From Planctomycetota bacterium (GTDB lineage Bacteria > Planctomycetota > GCA-002687715 > DRQF01): DNA of 19,654 nt. The notes under the pieces were generated by a model. It worked only from the letters and a program-made list of their open reading frames with translations. It was not told the DNA's origin and made no database searches. The stretch lies in contig JAZGFI010000056.1 in assembly GCA_036479435.1 (NCBI GenBank), forward strand, positions 1-19,654, given 5' to 3'. This document shows, piece by piece, positions 1 to 7,093 of this stretch. A program made the position numbers and the translations under genes. Numbering within the stretch: position 1 is the stretch's first letter; each line of letters starts with the position of its first letter.

Positions 1-87
1 AACAAGACTCGCAATTCGAAGGCGCTATTCTCCGCATCAAACCTACGCCCCGCCTCTAAACCACCTTTGAGGCTCGTTGGCCTTGCC

Positions 88-131
88 TGAAGGGATGGCG
101 AGAACCAGCAGATGCGGAATCGCTGTGCCAT
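88..131 (+). promoter_or_regulatory. Candidate selenocysteine UGA plus bacterial SECIS stem-loop
   Basis: In-frame TGA 88-90. Upper stem CAGC-A-GAT (106-113) pairs with ATC-GCTG (119-125) around loop GCGGA (114-118), which starts with G 23 nt after the UGA. Lower stem ATGGC (95-99) pairs with GCCAT (127-131). Confidence 0.55.
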
Positions 132-1164
132 AGGCGCTTTGCTGGACAAATTCGTGCTTTGTCGGGTGGATGACTTGCGCGGCATTGATGTCGGGCATTA
201 TGACTTTGATTCCGATGTGACGATTTTTCTGTTTGTCGTGAATGCGGAGGAAGATATTTATCTTCGCTACGGCGGGCGGGATGATCGGTCGCCGGAGCGG
301 TTCCTTAATTTTGAGGCGCTCGATGTTGCTCTTGGTCGCGGCTTGAAGCGGCACGCACAGTGTCGAGCGGGTAAGTGGCGAGCGCCGAAGCGGAAGTCGG
401 CTTTGTTTCCTCGTGACTTTGCCGACATCAAACGCAAAGAGATTGCCGCCGGGCGCTGTGTTCATTGCCACATGCTCGGCTCCAACCGTACGCGGCAGGC
501 ACAAGAGCGCGGGAGTCTGGACAAACTCAAAGACCTTTGGGTGCTGCCCGACATTCGCAAACTTGGAATCGATGTTGATCCTAAGCACGGGCTTAAGATT
601 GCGGCGGTTGGTGGTATTGCGGAGAAGGCAGGCATCCTAGTTGGCGAGGAGATTCTCGCTTATGATGGCAAGACCGTCTTGACTCATGCCGACCTTCAAT
701 ACGGGCTCGACAAGCTTCCTCGCCAATCAAAGAGCCTTGAACTGACGATCGGCAAGGTGGGTGTACCCAAACACCGCCGGGTAAGGCTGAATCTTCCGCC
801 GCGGTGGCGGGTCACCAAAATTGGACGGCGCTCGCAGACCCATGCCTTGACGCCCTTCCCGGAGTTTTGGGCCCGGGAATTGAGTGACGGCGAACGGGAA
901 GAAGAAGGGATCGCCGCCGGAGGCATGGGAGGCCGCGTCACAAAGTTCTGGGCGAACCCGAGACTTCACGCCGCTTTTCGAAAAGGCCTGAAGAAGGGTA
1001 ACATCGTCTACTCGGTCAACGGGACTACTCGGAGTCCTTACACCACGAATCCAACGACTTGGATTCGCCTGAATTGTGAGACCGGCGACACCGTCACGAT
1101 CAAGGCGAAGCGAGGAAAGATTGAGTTGAGTTTCCGATTCAAACTGCGAGCCCGCCCCTGGTAA
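112..1164 (+). CDS. Thioredoxin-like / CxxCH / double-PDZ protein, candidate selenoprotein; true start probably upstream of 112 (TTG at 67 or outside the window) via read-through of TGA 88-90
   Basis: Translation shows LLDKFVLCRV..GIDVGHYDFDSD..IYLRYGGRD (thioredoxin-like segment), CVHCH at 457-471, and two PDZ-like segments (GIAEKAGILVGEEILAYDG; GLKKGNIVYSVNG). The same frame is open from base 1 to 87. Resembles the 'Trx7/PDZ domain-containing (seleno)protein' family from memory. Confidence 0.75.
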   Translation: MRNRCAIGALLDKFVLCRVDDLRGIDVGHYDFDSDVTIFLFVVNAEEDIYLRYGGRDDRSPERFLNFEALDVALGRGLKRHAQCRAGKWRAPKRKSALFPRDFADIKRKEIAAGRCVHCHMLGSNRTRQAQERGSLDKLKDLWVLPDIRKLGIDVDPKHGLKIAAVGGIAEKAGILVGEEILAYDGKTVLTHADLQYGLDKLPRQSKSLELTIGKVGVPKHRRVRLNLPPRWRVTKIGRRSQTHALTPFPEFWARELSDGEREEEGIAAGGMGGRVTKFWANPRLHAAFRKGLKKGNIVYSVNGTTRSPYTTNPTTWIRLNCETGDTVTIKAKRGKIELSFRFKLRARPW

Positions 1165-1192
1165 GGGTCAGAAGCGAACTGCGCCAGAGAAA

Positions 1193-1678
1193 CTAAAAAG
1201 TCGTGAGCTTAACGCCGTTGGTCAGCTCAACGTCAGTCGTGAAACTAAACGTGCTAAAAAAGCTATTGGCACCCTGCAAGTAAATGTCGACAGCGGGTTG
1301 CACCCAGGGCGGCAAGGCGACGAGGATTTCGTCGGCGGCATTGGCACCGAGAGCAACGATGAGATCGACTTGAGCCAACAGATTGCAAGTCGGTCCAAAA
1401 GCTGGCACCGGGGTGTTGGCGGCATTGTTGCCGACGATCAAAAAGCGTCCGTTACGGAAGGTGTTGCAACATGACTGCGCTGAACTCATGTTCAAAGTCA
1501 GGATGCACGTTGAGGCATCGAAACTTCCGGAGAGAGTGGGTGCGGCGAAAAAAGGCGAGCAGCCCTGCCCGTAGGCGCTGATGTTGATTCCCTGGGCGGG
1601 ACAGACGGTCACCTGTGCTGAACAAAAGGCCATCGCGATGAGGCTGCACGCGACAAATAGAATTCCAATTCGAATCAT
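1193..1678 (-). CDS. Secreted Cys-rich hypothetical protein
   Basis: ATG at 1678 with GGAG 9 nt upstream (the ORF track starts at TTG 1684). Signal-peptide-like N-terminus MIRIGILFVACSLIAMAFCSA-Q; six Cys in the mature part; YGQGC...LQG...LTNGVKL pattern. Confidence 0.7.
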   Translation of the reverse strand: MIRIGILFVACSLIAMAFCSAQVTVCPAQGINISAYGQGCSPFFAAPTLSGSFDASTCILTLNMSSAQSCCNTFRNGRFLIVGNNAANTPVPAFGPTCNLLAQVDLIVALGANAADEILVALPPWVQPAVDIYLQGANSFFSTFSFTTDVELTNGVKLTTF

Positions 1679-1791
1679 GATCAAAAACTCCAGTCGATTT
1701 GCGCTCCGACTTTGGGCATTTGCCCTGGTCTTAGATCCTCCTAAGCTTGGACGAAATCCACATCACGAGCAAGCGTTCTCTATAAATACAG

Positions 1792-2130
1792 ATGGAGCAT
1801 GAAGTACAAATGAGCACAGCAGGTCCGCAAAGCGATGCCATACGCCGGGTTCGCCACATTGGCCTCGTCGAAGGAGCTTCATTCTTGCTGCTCCTCGGCG
1901 TGGCGATGCCCCTGAAGTATGTCTGGGGTTGGCCGATGGCGGTCAAGTTCGTCGGCTGGGCTCATGGTCTGCTGTTTGTTCTATACGGCTTGGCAACCCT
2001 GCAAGCGCTGCGCGTATGCGCATGGAATTGGGGGCGTGCATTCTTGATTCTCGCGGCTTCGTTGGTTCCATTTGGACCCTTTATGATTGACCCGCGCCTG
2101 AAACGAGAAGAGCTAGCTGCCGCCAAGTGA
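1792..2130 (+). CDS. DUF3817-family small membrane protein (start may be ATG 1810)
   Basis: Three hydrophobic segments with EGASFLLLLGVAMPLKY, GWAHGLLFVLY and ASLVPFGPF, typical of DUF3817. Confidence 0.85.
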   Translation: MEHEVQMSTAGPQSDAIRRVRHIGLVEGASFLLLLGVAMPLKYVWGWPMAVKFVGWAHGLLFVLYGLATLQALRVCAWNWGRAFLILAASLVPFGPFMIDPRLKREELAAAK

Positions 2131-2353
2131 ATGTACTCGTGAAGGCGAGTTGTATAAGCGATGACAGTGAGGGTAAGGGATGTCCCGATTGACCTGATTC
2201 GCTCTATCGCGATGCGCTCCAGATGGCGATGATGCCCGCGCATGAGTCCTCGGATTCATGTCGCCGTGTGGGTGAAGTGTTGGCGCATCTTTCGCCCCGA
2301 GTTCCCGAGATCTGAAGAGTCATCAATAGGGTTTACGCCGATCGGTGACTTGT

Positions 2354-2383
2354 CCGTGGTCGCTCGCTTGCGAGCGACCACGG
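2354..2383. repeat. Perfect 14-bp inverted repeat (hairpin, possible terminator or palindromic element)
   Basis: CCGTGGTCGCTCGC-TT-GCGAGCGACCACGG. It can be enclosed by ACGCCG (2335-2340) / CGGCGT (2386-2391); a short T run lies at 2391-2394. Confidence 0.75.
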
Positions 2384-2453
2384 CACGGCGTTTTAGGCTT
2401 TGGCTCCATCGCCCCTTAGTTGGGTGATCCCGCCCACTGTCGTAGTTTGGGCT

Positions 2454-3080
2454 ATGAAATTCAGTCTCGATATCTTTCACGAGAGCCGGACCTCAAGGCA
2501 GGCTCACCTTCGCTACCCCAGCGATGGAACCGAAGCCGCCGTCTTTGCTCTTTTCAACGTCCATGCGCCGCCGACGGCTCCGGCTTACGCGACTCTCCAT
2601 GTTGTCGACCCCAAGCTTGAGATCTCAAGCCAGCTTGAAGACGTGCTGAGCGGCTTGCGCGTGCTCACCGAAGAGAGCATGAAATTCGAGATTGAGAGTT
2701 TCATCGTCTCCCAGGCCCTGGATATCGAAGCCGACCCGATAGATGACTCCGGCGAGGTCCCGAAGATACCCTTTGCGATCGAACGCCATCGCCCGAGCGG
2801 CAACTCTACCCGCGACCTAGTTTTGGACGACACCGAGGGCTCTAAAGACCAGCGCCGAATCGTCGCTATCTTTGAACGCTTCATTGAGGCCGAAGGCAGC
2901 ATGAACGTGCTGACCATTGTCGATCCGCGCTTTCACACCGAAGCCAGTGTCGACCCCTTGATGAGCATGATTGACAGCAACATCGGCGGCCCCACCAGCC
3001 CCGGCGATCACCAGCTCGACGTCATTTGCGCCAACTTCATCGGCCAGTTCGGCGCCCAGCCCACAAACCCGCAACTCTAG
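2454..3080 (+). CDS. Hypothetical acidic protein with two internally repeated domains
   Basis: 208-aa ORF from ATG 2454 (the ORF track extends to TTG 2400). Codon usage is C/G-ending like the core genes. The two halves align at an offset of about 105 aa. Confidence 0.7.
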   Translation: MKFSLDIFHESRTSRQAHLRYPSDGTEAAVFALFNVHAPPTAPAYATLHVVDPKLEISSQLEDVLSGLRVLTEESMKFEIESFIVSQALDIEADPIDDSGEVPKIPFAIERHRPSGNSTRDLVLDDTEGSKDQRRIVAIFERFIEAEGSMNVLTIVDPRFHTEASVDPLMSMIDSNIGGPTSPGDHQLDVICANFIGQFGAQPTNPQL

Positions 3081-3360
3081 CGTCAGACGCTTTTCACTAC
3101 CCTTTCAAATCCAAAGTCAGCCCTTCACCCACTCTAGCGACCGCCGGGAAGTTTTTGACACTGTACTCAAGGTCGACTCCCAAAATCCCGATGAATGCAG
3201 TGGCCTTCGGGCCGCTACAGAGGGCCTCTTGGGGGGGCCAAAGATCCGATCGGAGCGCCACGGTCACAAGTTTCTACTAAATATTGAGCGTGCAGCCGGT
3301 TAGGACGCTCTGATCGATCTTTTTACTCCTCCCAAGTCCACAGCCCTCGACCGTACAGCG

Positions 3361-3391
3361 AACCGCCACTCTTCGAAGTGGCGGTTTTTTT
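3361..3391 (+). terminator. Intrinsic terminator upstream of tonB
   Basis: AACCGCCACT-CTTCGA-AGTGGCGGTT stem-loop running into a T7 tract. Confidence 0.85.
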
Positions 3392-3437
3392 GTGCCCAGA
3401 ACCAGAACTGAGCGCTCGAGGGTGAACCTGCCGGGTT

Positions 3438-4337
3438 TTGATAACGTTTCGGCCAGAAGAAGGAGCCTTTTTGGATCAGCTCAAGCGACAAATCACTCCC
3501 TCGGCTCGCGAGGCAAAGCTCCTGGCGAGGTCAGTGACCCGTTGGCGGTTCAAGCTGCCCTTTGGCGCGTCTGTTGCGGTCCACACCTGCTTTTTAGCCG
3601 CCGTCGGCCTGGGTGCCGCTGGCGTGCTGAGTTCAGATCCGCGGGCGGACACCTCGACTCCGCTATCACTCTCCTGGGAGCTTTCGGCCCCAGCCGTCTT
3701 CGACGTCGACATCGATGAGCCGGTCGAGGAAATCAGTGAAGATTTTTTTCGCGAAGCGGAGAAGGTCTTAGTCTGGGAACCCGATTTCGAAGAGCCCGAG
3801 ATTCCAGTCTTTGCCGATGACCTCACTGAGCTTGAACGCAAGCGCACGCCCGACGGCGAGTTCAAGCCGCTGGTCAGCCGACCGGTCGAATTGCAAAGGC
3901 TGCCCGTCGAAAACACCGCGCTGACGAAGCCAACAAGGCGACCCCGTGAATCGGATTCGAAGGCAGCTACCACCATCGCCGCCCCACCCGCCGTCGTTGC
4001 CAAGAAAAAGCCACAAGTAGCGTCAGCTTCGCTGCCCACACCCCAAAAAACCGAGGAACCGGCAGCAAAAGTTGTGCTCGCCCGTCCAGAGGGAAACGAG
4101 GCGTCTCTTAGACGCCTGCGTCGTCTCGGCGCGCGACATCGTTGGCGCGGACGCGTTGTGGTCAGAGTCCGCGTCTCCGCGGAAGGAAGTGCGATCAGCG
4201 CCGTCATTGCCACATCGTCGGGCTCGAAGCGCCAAGATGAGGCCACCAAAAAAGCAGTGCTCTCTTGGGCCTTTCGTCCTGCGCAACGCGGCCAACACAC
4301 CGCGCCTTGCACCTTGGACATCCCCTTCGAGTTCTAA
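3438..4337 (+). CDS. tonB: TonB family energy transducer (start codon uncertain)
   Basis: N-terminal TM helix with SxxxH (SVAVHTCFLAAVGL), Pro/Glu/Lys-rich linker, and C-terminal TonB_C pattern GRVVVRVRVSAEG...SSGSKRQDEATKKAVLSWAFRPA...IPFEF. Confidence 0.8.
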   Translation: MITFRPEEGAFLDQLKRQITPSAREAKLLARSVTRWRFKLPFGASVAVHTCFLAAVGLGAAGVLSSDPRADTSTPLSLSWELSAPAVFDVDIDEPVEEISEDFFREAEKVLVWEPDFEEPEIPVFADDLTELERKRTPDGEFKPLVSRPVELQRLPVENTALTKPTRRPRESDSKAATTIAAPPAVVAKKKPQVASASLPTPQKTEEPAAKVVLARPEGNEASLRRLRRLGARHRWRGRVVVRVRVSAEGSAISAVIATSSGSKRQDEATKKAVLSWAFRPAQRGQHTAPCTLDIPFEF

Positions 4338-4362
4338 GTTCGCTCCTTCGCGCAGACTCGAA

Positions 4363-6552
4363 TTAGAATTTGAAATCGATGCCGATGATGAGGTTGGCTC
4401 CGGGTTCTTGCAGGCCCGAACCGTGAGTTCGGTAGTTCTTATCCAACAGATTTTCGATGGACAAAAAGACGTCGGTACCCTCGTCGATCCGGTACCCGCC
4501 TTCCAAGTTCAGCGTGATGTAACCTGGAGTACCACCGGGCGGAATCCGACTGGTATCGGCACGGTCGCGAGTGCTCAAGCGATCCTGCCGGTCTGCGGCC
4601 AAGGCCCAGGCCTTGAGGTGAAGGCGATCATCATGGGTTTTCCACCCGAGCCCTAAGGTGCCGCCCAGCGGTGGCAGGCGTGAGATGACCTCGGTTCTCG
4701 AAACCGGGTCCGAAGTCGGAAAAGTCTCGGCTTGGCCGTCGAGCCAATGAAAAGTGCCAAACACCCACCAATTGTCATCAAGGTCATAGCGCAGGCTGAG
4801 GTCAACTCCCTGCAGATGTCCGTCGCCCCCGTTTCGCTTGATCACCTCCGCTTCGCCATCAATGATGTTGCCTGTGGGCTGGCGGATAACGAGGTCATCG
4901 ATGACGGTGTAGTGGTAGGCCGCAGTACCGGTGAAGCCCCGCCAACGCAGTTTTGCGCCGAACTCAAGACTCAAAAACTTCTCGGGGTCGATGCCGGGCG
5001 AAGGGACCTCGAGCTCGCCGCTGCGCGCCGAGTCGAGTCGTGATAGGTCGGACAGATTCGGAGCTCGAAAAGCCTGCGAAACGCCGGCGTAGAGATTGAG
5101 CTCATTCGCAGCGCGCCAGTTTACACGGACCGAGCCGATGACATTCAGCCAATCATCTTCGAGCGATATCTGTCCGCCGGACAAAGGGTCTTCGACCGCA
5201 TCGGCATCCGCCGCGGCGTAGGTCAGCCGCCCGCCCACGATGAGATTCACGGTGTTGCTGATTTCGATCTCGTTCTGGGCGAAGAGACCCAAAAGGTCGT
5301 AGCTGGCGTCATCGCCGACTGGCCCCTGAATTCGAACGGTCCGTTGCCCCAAAGCGTTGGTGTCGGTTCGAAACGAGTCGACTTCGTCGTGGTAGTAGTC
5401 GACGCCATAGGTGAGACGACCAAGCGCCGTGTCTGAAACAAACTCAACGGCGACGCCAAAAGTGTCGACGTCAAACCCCAGATCGTTGACCCGTCCGTCG
5501 CCGCGGCGGCGTTTTTGACGCTCGGCGATGCGATGCCAACTTAGACGGATGTGGATCTCGTCAACGAATCCTCCGAGATTGAGATCGTACCCGTCGAGGA
5601 AGGCTGCCGCGAGATCGCGCTCCCAGTCAAAATCTCGGGAGAGATCCGAACCAATCGTCGTGCCGTGGAAAGAGACGCCGTCGACGGTTCGGTGAACGCG
5701 GTTGACGTTCGCCACCCGGCCCAGCTGCGCCAGTATCCCCAGTGACCAGTGCTCGTTGAGGTTGATGTCAAAACGGCCATCGGCGAAATAGTTGTGATAG
5801 TTCGTTGCGTCTTGACGCCCGAGATCGCCACCCGCATTGAGGTCGCTGAAAGCGCCGCCCGAGGCTCCCAACACAAAACCGAAGTCTTCGCCGATGTTCC
5901 CCGACACCTGGGCGCGGCCAGAAATGCTGTTTTCGGCACTGCTGTAGCGCAGAACAACGCGACGGTCCCAGGAGTTCTCGGGACCGTAGTCGCGGCGACG
6001 AAGGGGAATGGCATTGACCGCACCTCCGACGGCATCCGATCCGTAGAGAACGGAGCCCGGACCAAACACCGCTTCGACGCGATCGAGCGAAAACCCATCC
6101 ACGAGGCCCCAATACTCATTGGGCCCCGAGCGCAGCACTGAATTGTTCAGCCTGATCCCATCGATCATCATCAAGGTGTGATAGCCGGTGAAACCGCGCA
6201 GAAAGGGGGAAACTTGCCCGTAAGAAGTCCGCTGCAAATGGACACCGGGCAATTCCTTCAGCGAATCTTGGATCGTTCGGGCCCGGCGGAGTTTGTCTCG
6301 GCCCGTCACGGTCACGTGGAAGGGGGAGTCAAAAAGCTCTTCGTCGTGCCGAGTTGCCGTCACGACAATCGTATCGAGCGTGCCCACGACGTCGTCGACC
6401 GCCAGCTCAAGCGCCTCTTTTCTCCTCAGCTCTTCGGCTTGTTGTCGTTCCGCTTCACGGAGCCCTCTCGGGCTTCCCTGGGCTAAAATGACCGAAGCGA
6501 GGAGGAAAAAGCTGGCGATGGCGCCGAGGAGAGTCTTTGACGTATACTGCAT
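4363..6552 (-). CDS. TonB-dependent outer-membrane receptor, substrate unknown
   Basis: Signal peptide, TonB box DTIVVTA, plug motifs (LPGV, LRGF, MIDGIRLN, GPGSVLYGSDAVGGAVN), FRAP, ENLLDKNY and terminal Phe. Confidence 0.93.
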   Translation of the reverse strand: MQYTSKTLLGAIASFFLLASVILAQGSPRGLREAERQQAEELRRKEALELAVDDVVGTLDTIVVTATRHDEELFDSPFHVTVTGRDKLRRARTIQDSLKELPGVHLQRTSYGQVSPFLRGFTGYHTLMMIDGIRLNNSVLRSGPNEYWGLVDGFSLDRVEAVFGPGSVLYGSDAVGGAVNAIPLRRRDYGPENSWDRRVVLRYSSAENSISGRAQVSGNIGEDFGFVLGASGGAFSDLNAGGDLGRQDATNYHNYFADGRFDINLNEHWSLGILAQLGRVANVNRVHRTVDGVSFHGTTIGSDLSRDFDWERDLAAAFLDGYDLNLGGFVDEIHIRLSWHRIAERQKRRRGDGRVNDLGFDVDTFGVAVEFVSDTALGRLTYGVDYYHDEVDSFRTDTNALGQRTVRIQGPVGDDASYDLLGLFAQNEIEISNTVNLIVGGRLTYAAADADAVEDPLSGGQISLEDDWLNVIGSVRVNWRAANELNLYAGVSQAFRAPNLSDLSRLDSARSGELEVPSPGIDPEKFLSLEFGAKLRWRGFTGTAAYHYTVIDDLVIRQPTGNIIDGEAEVIKRNGGDGHLQGVDLSLRYDLDDNWWVFGTFHWLDGQAETFPTSDPVSRTEVISRLPPLGGTLGLGWKTHDDRLHLKAWALAADRQDRLSTRDRADTSRIPPGGTPGYITLNLEGGYRIDEGTDVFLSIENLLDKNYRTHGSGLQEPGANLIIGIDFKF

Positions 6553-6672
6553 GTTTGGTCTCGAAAACGAATCCCAGCGCTGGCGGTTTCGACCTGCCCA
6601 GGCGAAGGCAATGGCAAAGGAAACTCAACGCTGGGAAGACCGGGATGGTTCGCAGAGATTTAGAGGACTTTT

Positions 6673-7083
6673 TCAGCCGCAAGCGCCAAGTAGCTGTTTG
6701 ATCCGGACTTCAATGTCATCACGAGTCTCACGGAAAACGCGTCGGATTTCATCGTCTTCGCCCGAGGCATCGGCGGGATCTTCGAGATTCCAATGAATGC
6801 GGCGGATGGACTCGAGTTCCGCTGGCAGTTTCTCCTCAGCGTTGCCGCAGAGCGTGACGACGAGATCGAGGTCTGCAACCGGCACTTCGTCGAGGTCCTT
6901 TGAGTACTGCTGCCCGATCGAGACGCCGATCTCATCCATGGTTTGGGTCGTTCGCGGGTTGATCCCCTGGGGCGTAAGCCCCGCCGACCACACGCGATGG
7001 CCCGAGGCCACAAATCGGCTACCGAAGGCCTCGGCGATTTGGCTTCGGCAAGAATTACCGGTGCAGAGAAAAAGCACGTTCAC
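6673..7083 (-). CDS. arsC: ArsC-like low-molecular-weight phosphatase-fold protein (arsenate reductase family)
   Basis: P-loop CTGNSCRSQIAE, VVTLC and HWNLEDPA. GTG start with GAGGA upstream. The third catalytic Cys is replaced by Leu. Confidence 0.8.
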   Translation of the reverse strand: MNVLFLCTGNSCRSQIAEAFGSRFVASGHRVWSAGLTPQGINPRTTQTMDEIGVSIGQQYSKDLDEVPVADLDLVVTLCGNAEEKLPAELESIRRIHWNLEDPADASGEDDEIRRVFRETRDDIEVRIKQLLGACG

Positions 7084-7093
7084 GTTTAGATCC

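Noticed and set aside
3155..3170. TTGA-N8-TCAA as an FNR/CRP-family site
   Set aside because: The spacing does not fit TTGAT-N4-ATCAA.
3268..3280. AGTTTCTAC resembling the purine riboswitch J2/3 strand
   Set aside because: The flanking P1-P3 helices and the TATGG / CCGTAAA loops are absent.
3476..4321. 281-aa minus-strand Ser/Arg-rich ORF
   Set aside because: Antisense to tonB; low-complexity mirror translation.
6590..6641. Fragments resembling cobalamin (GACCTGCC, GGGAAGAC) and ZTP (CGCCTGGGCA) riboswitch motifs
   Set aside because: The cobalamin-like pieces are on the wrong strand and in the wrong order; the ZTP-like loop has no upstream GACTGGCG/P1-P2 partner.
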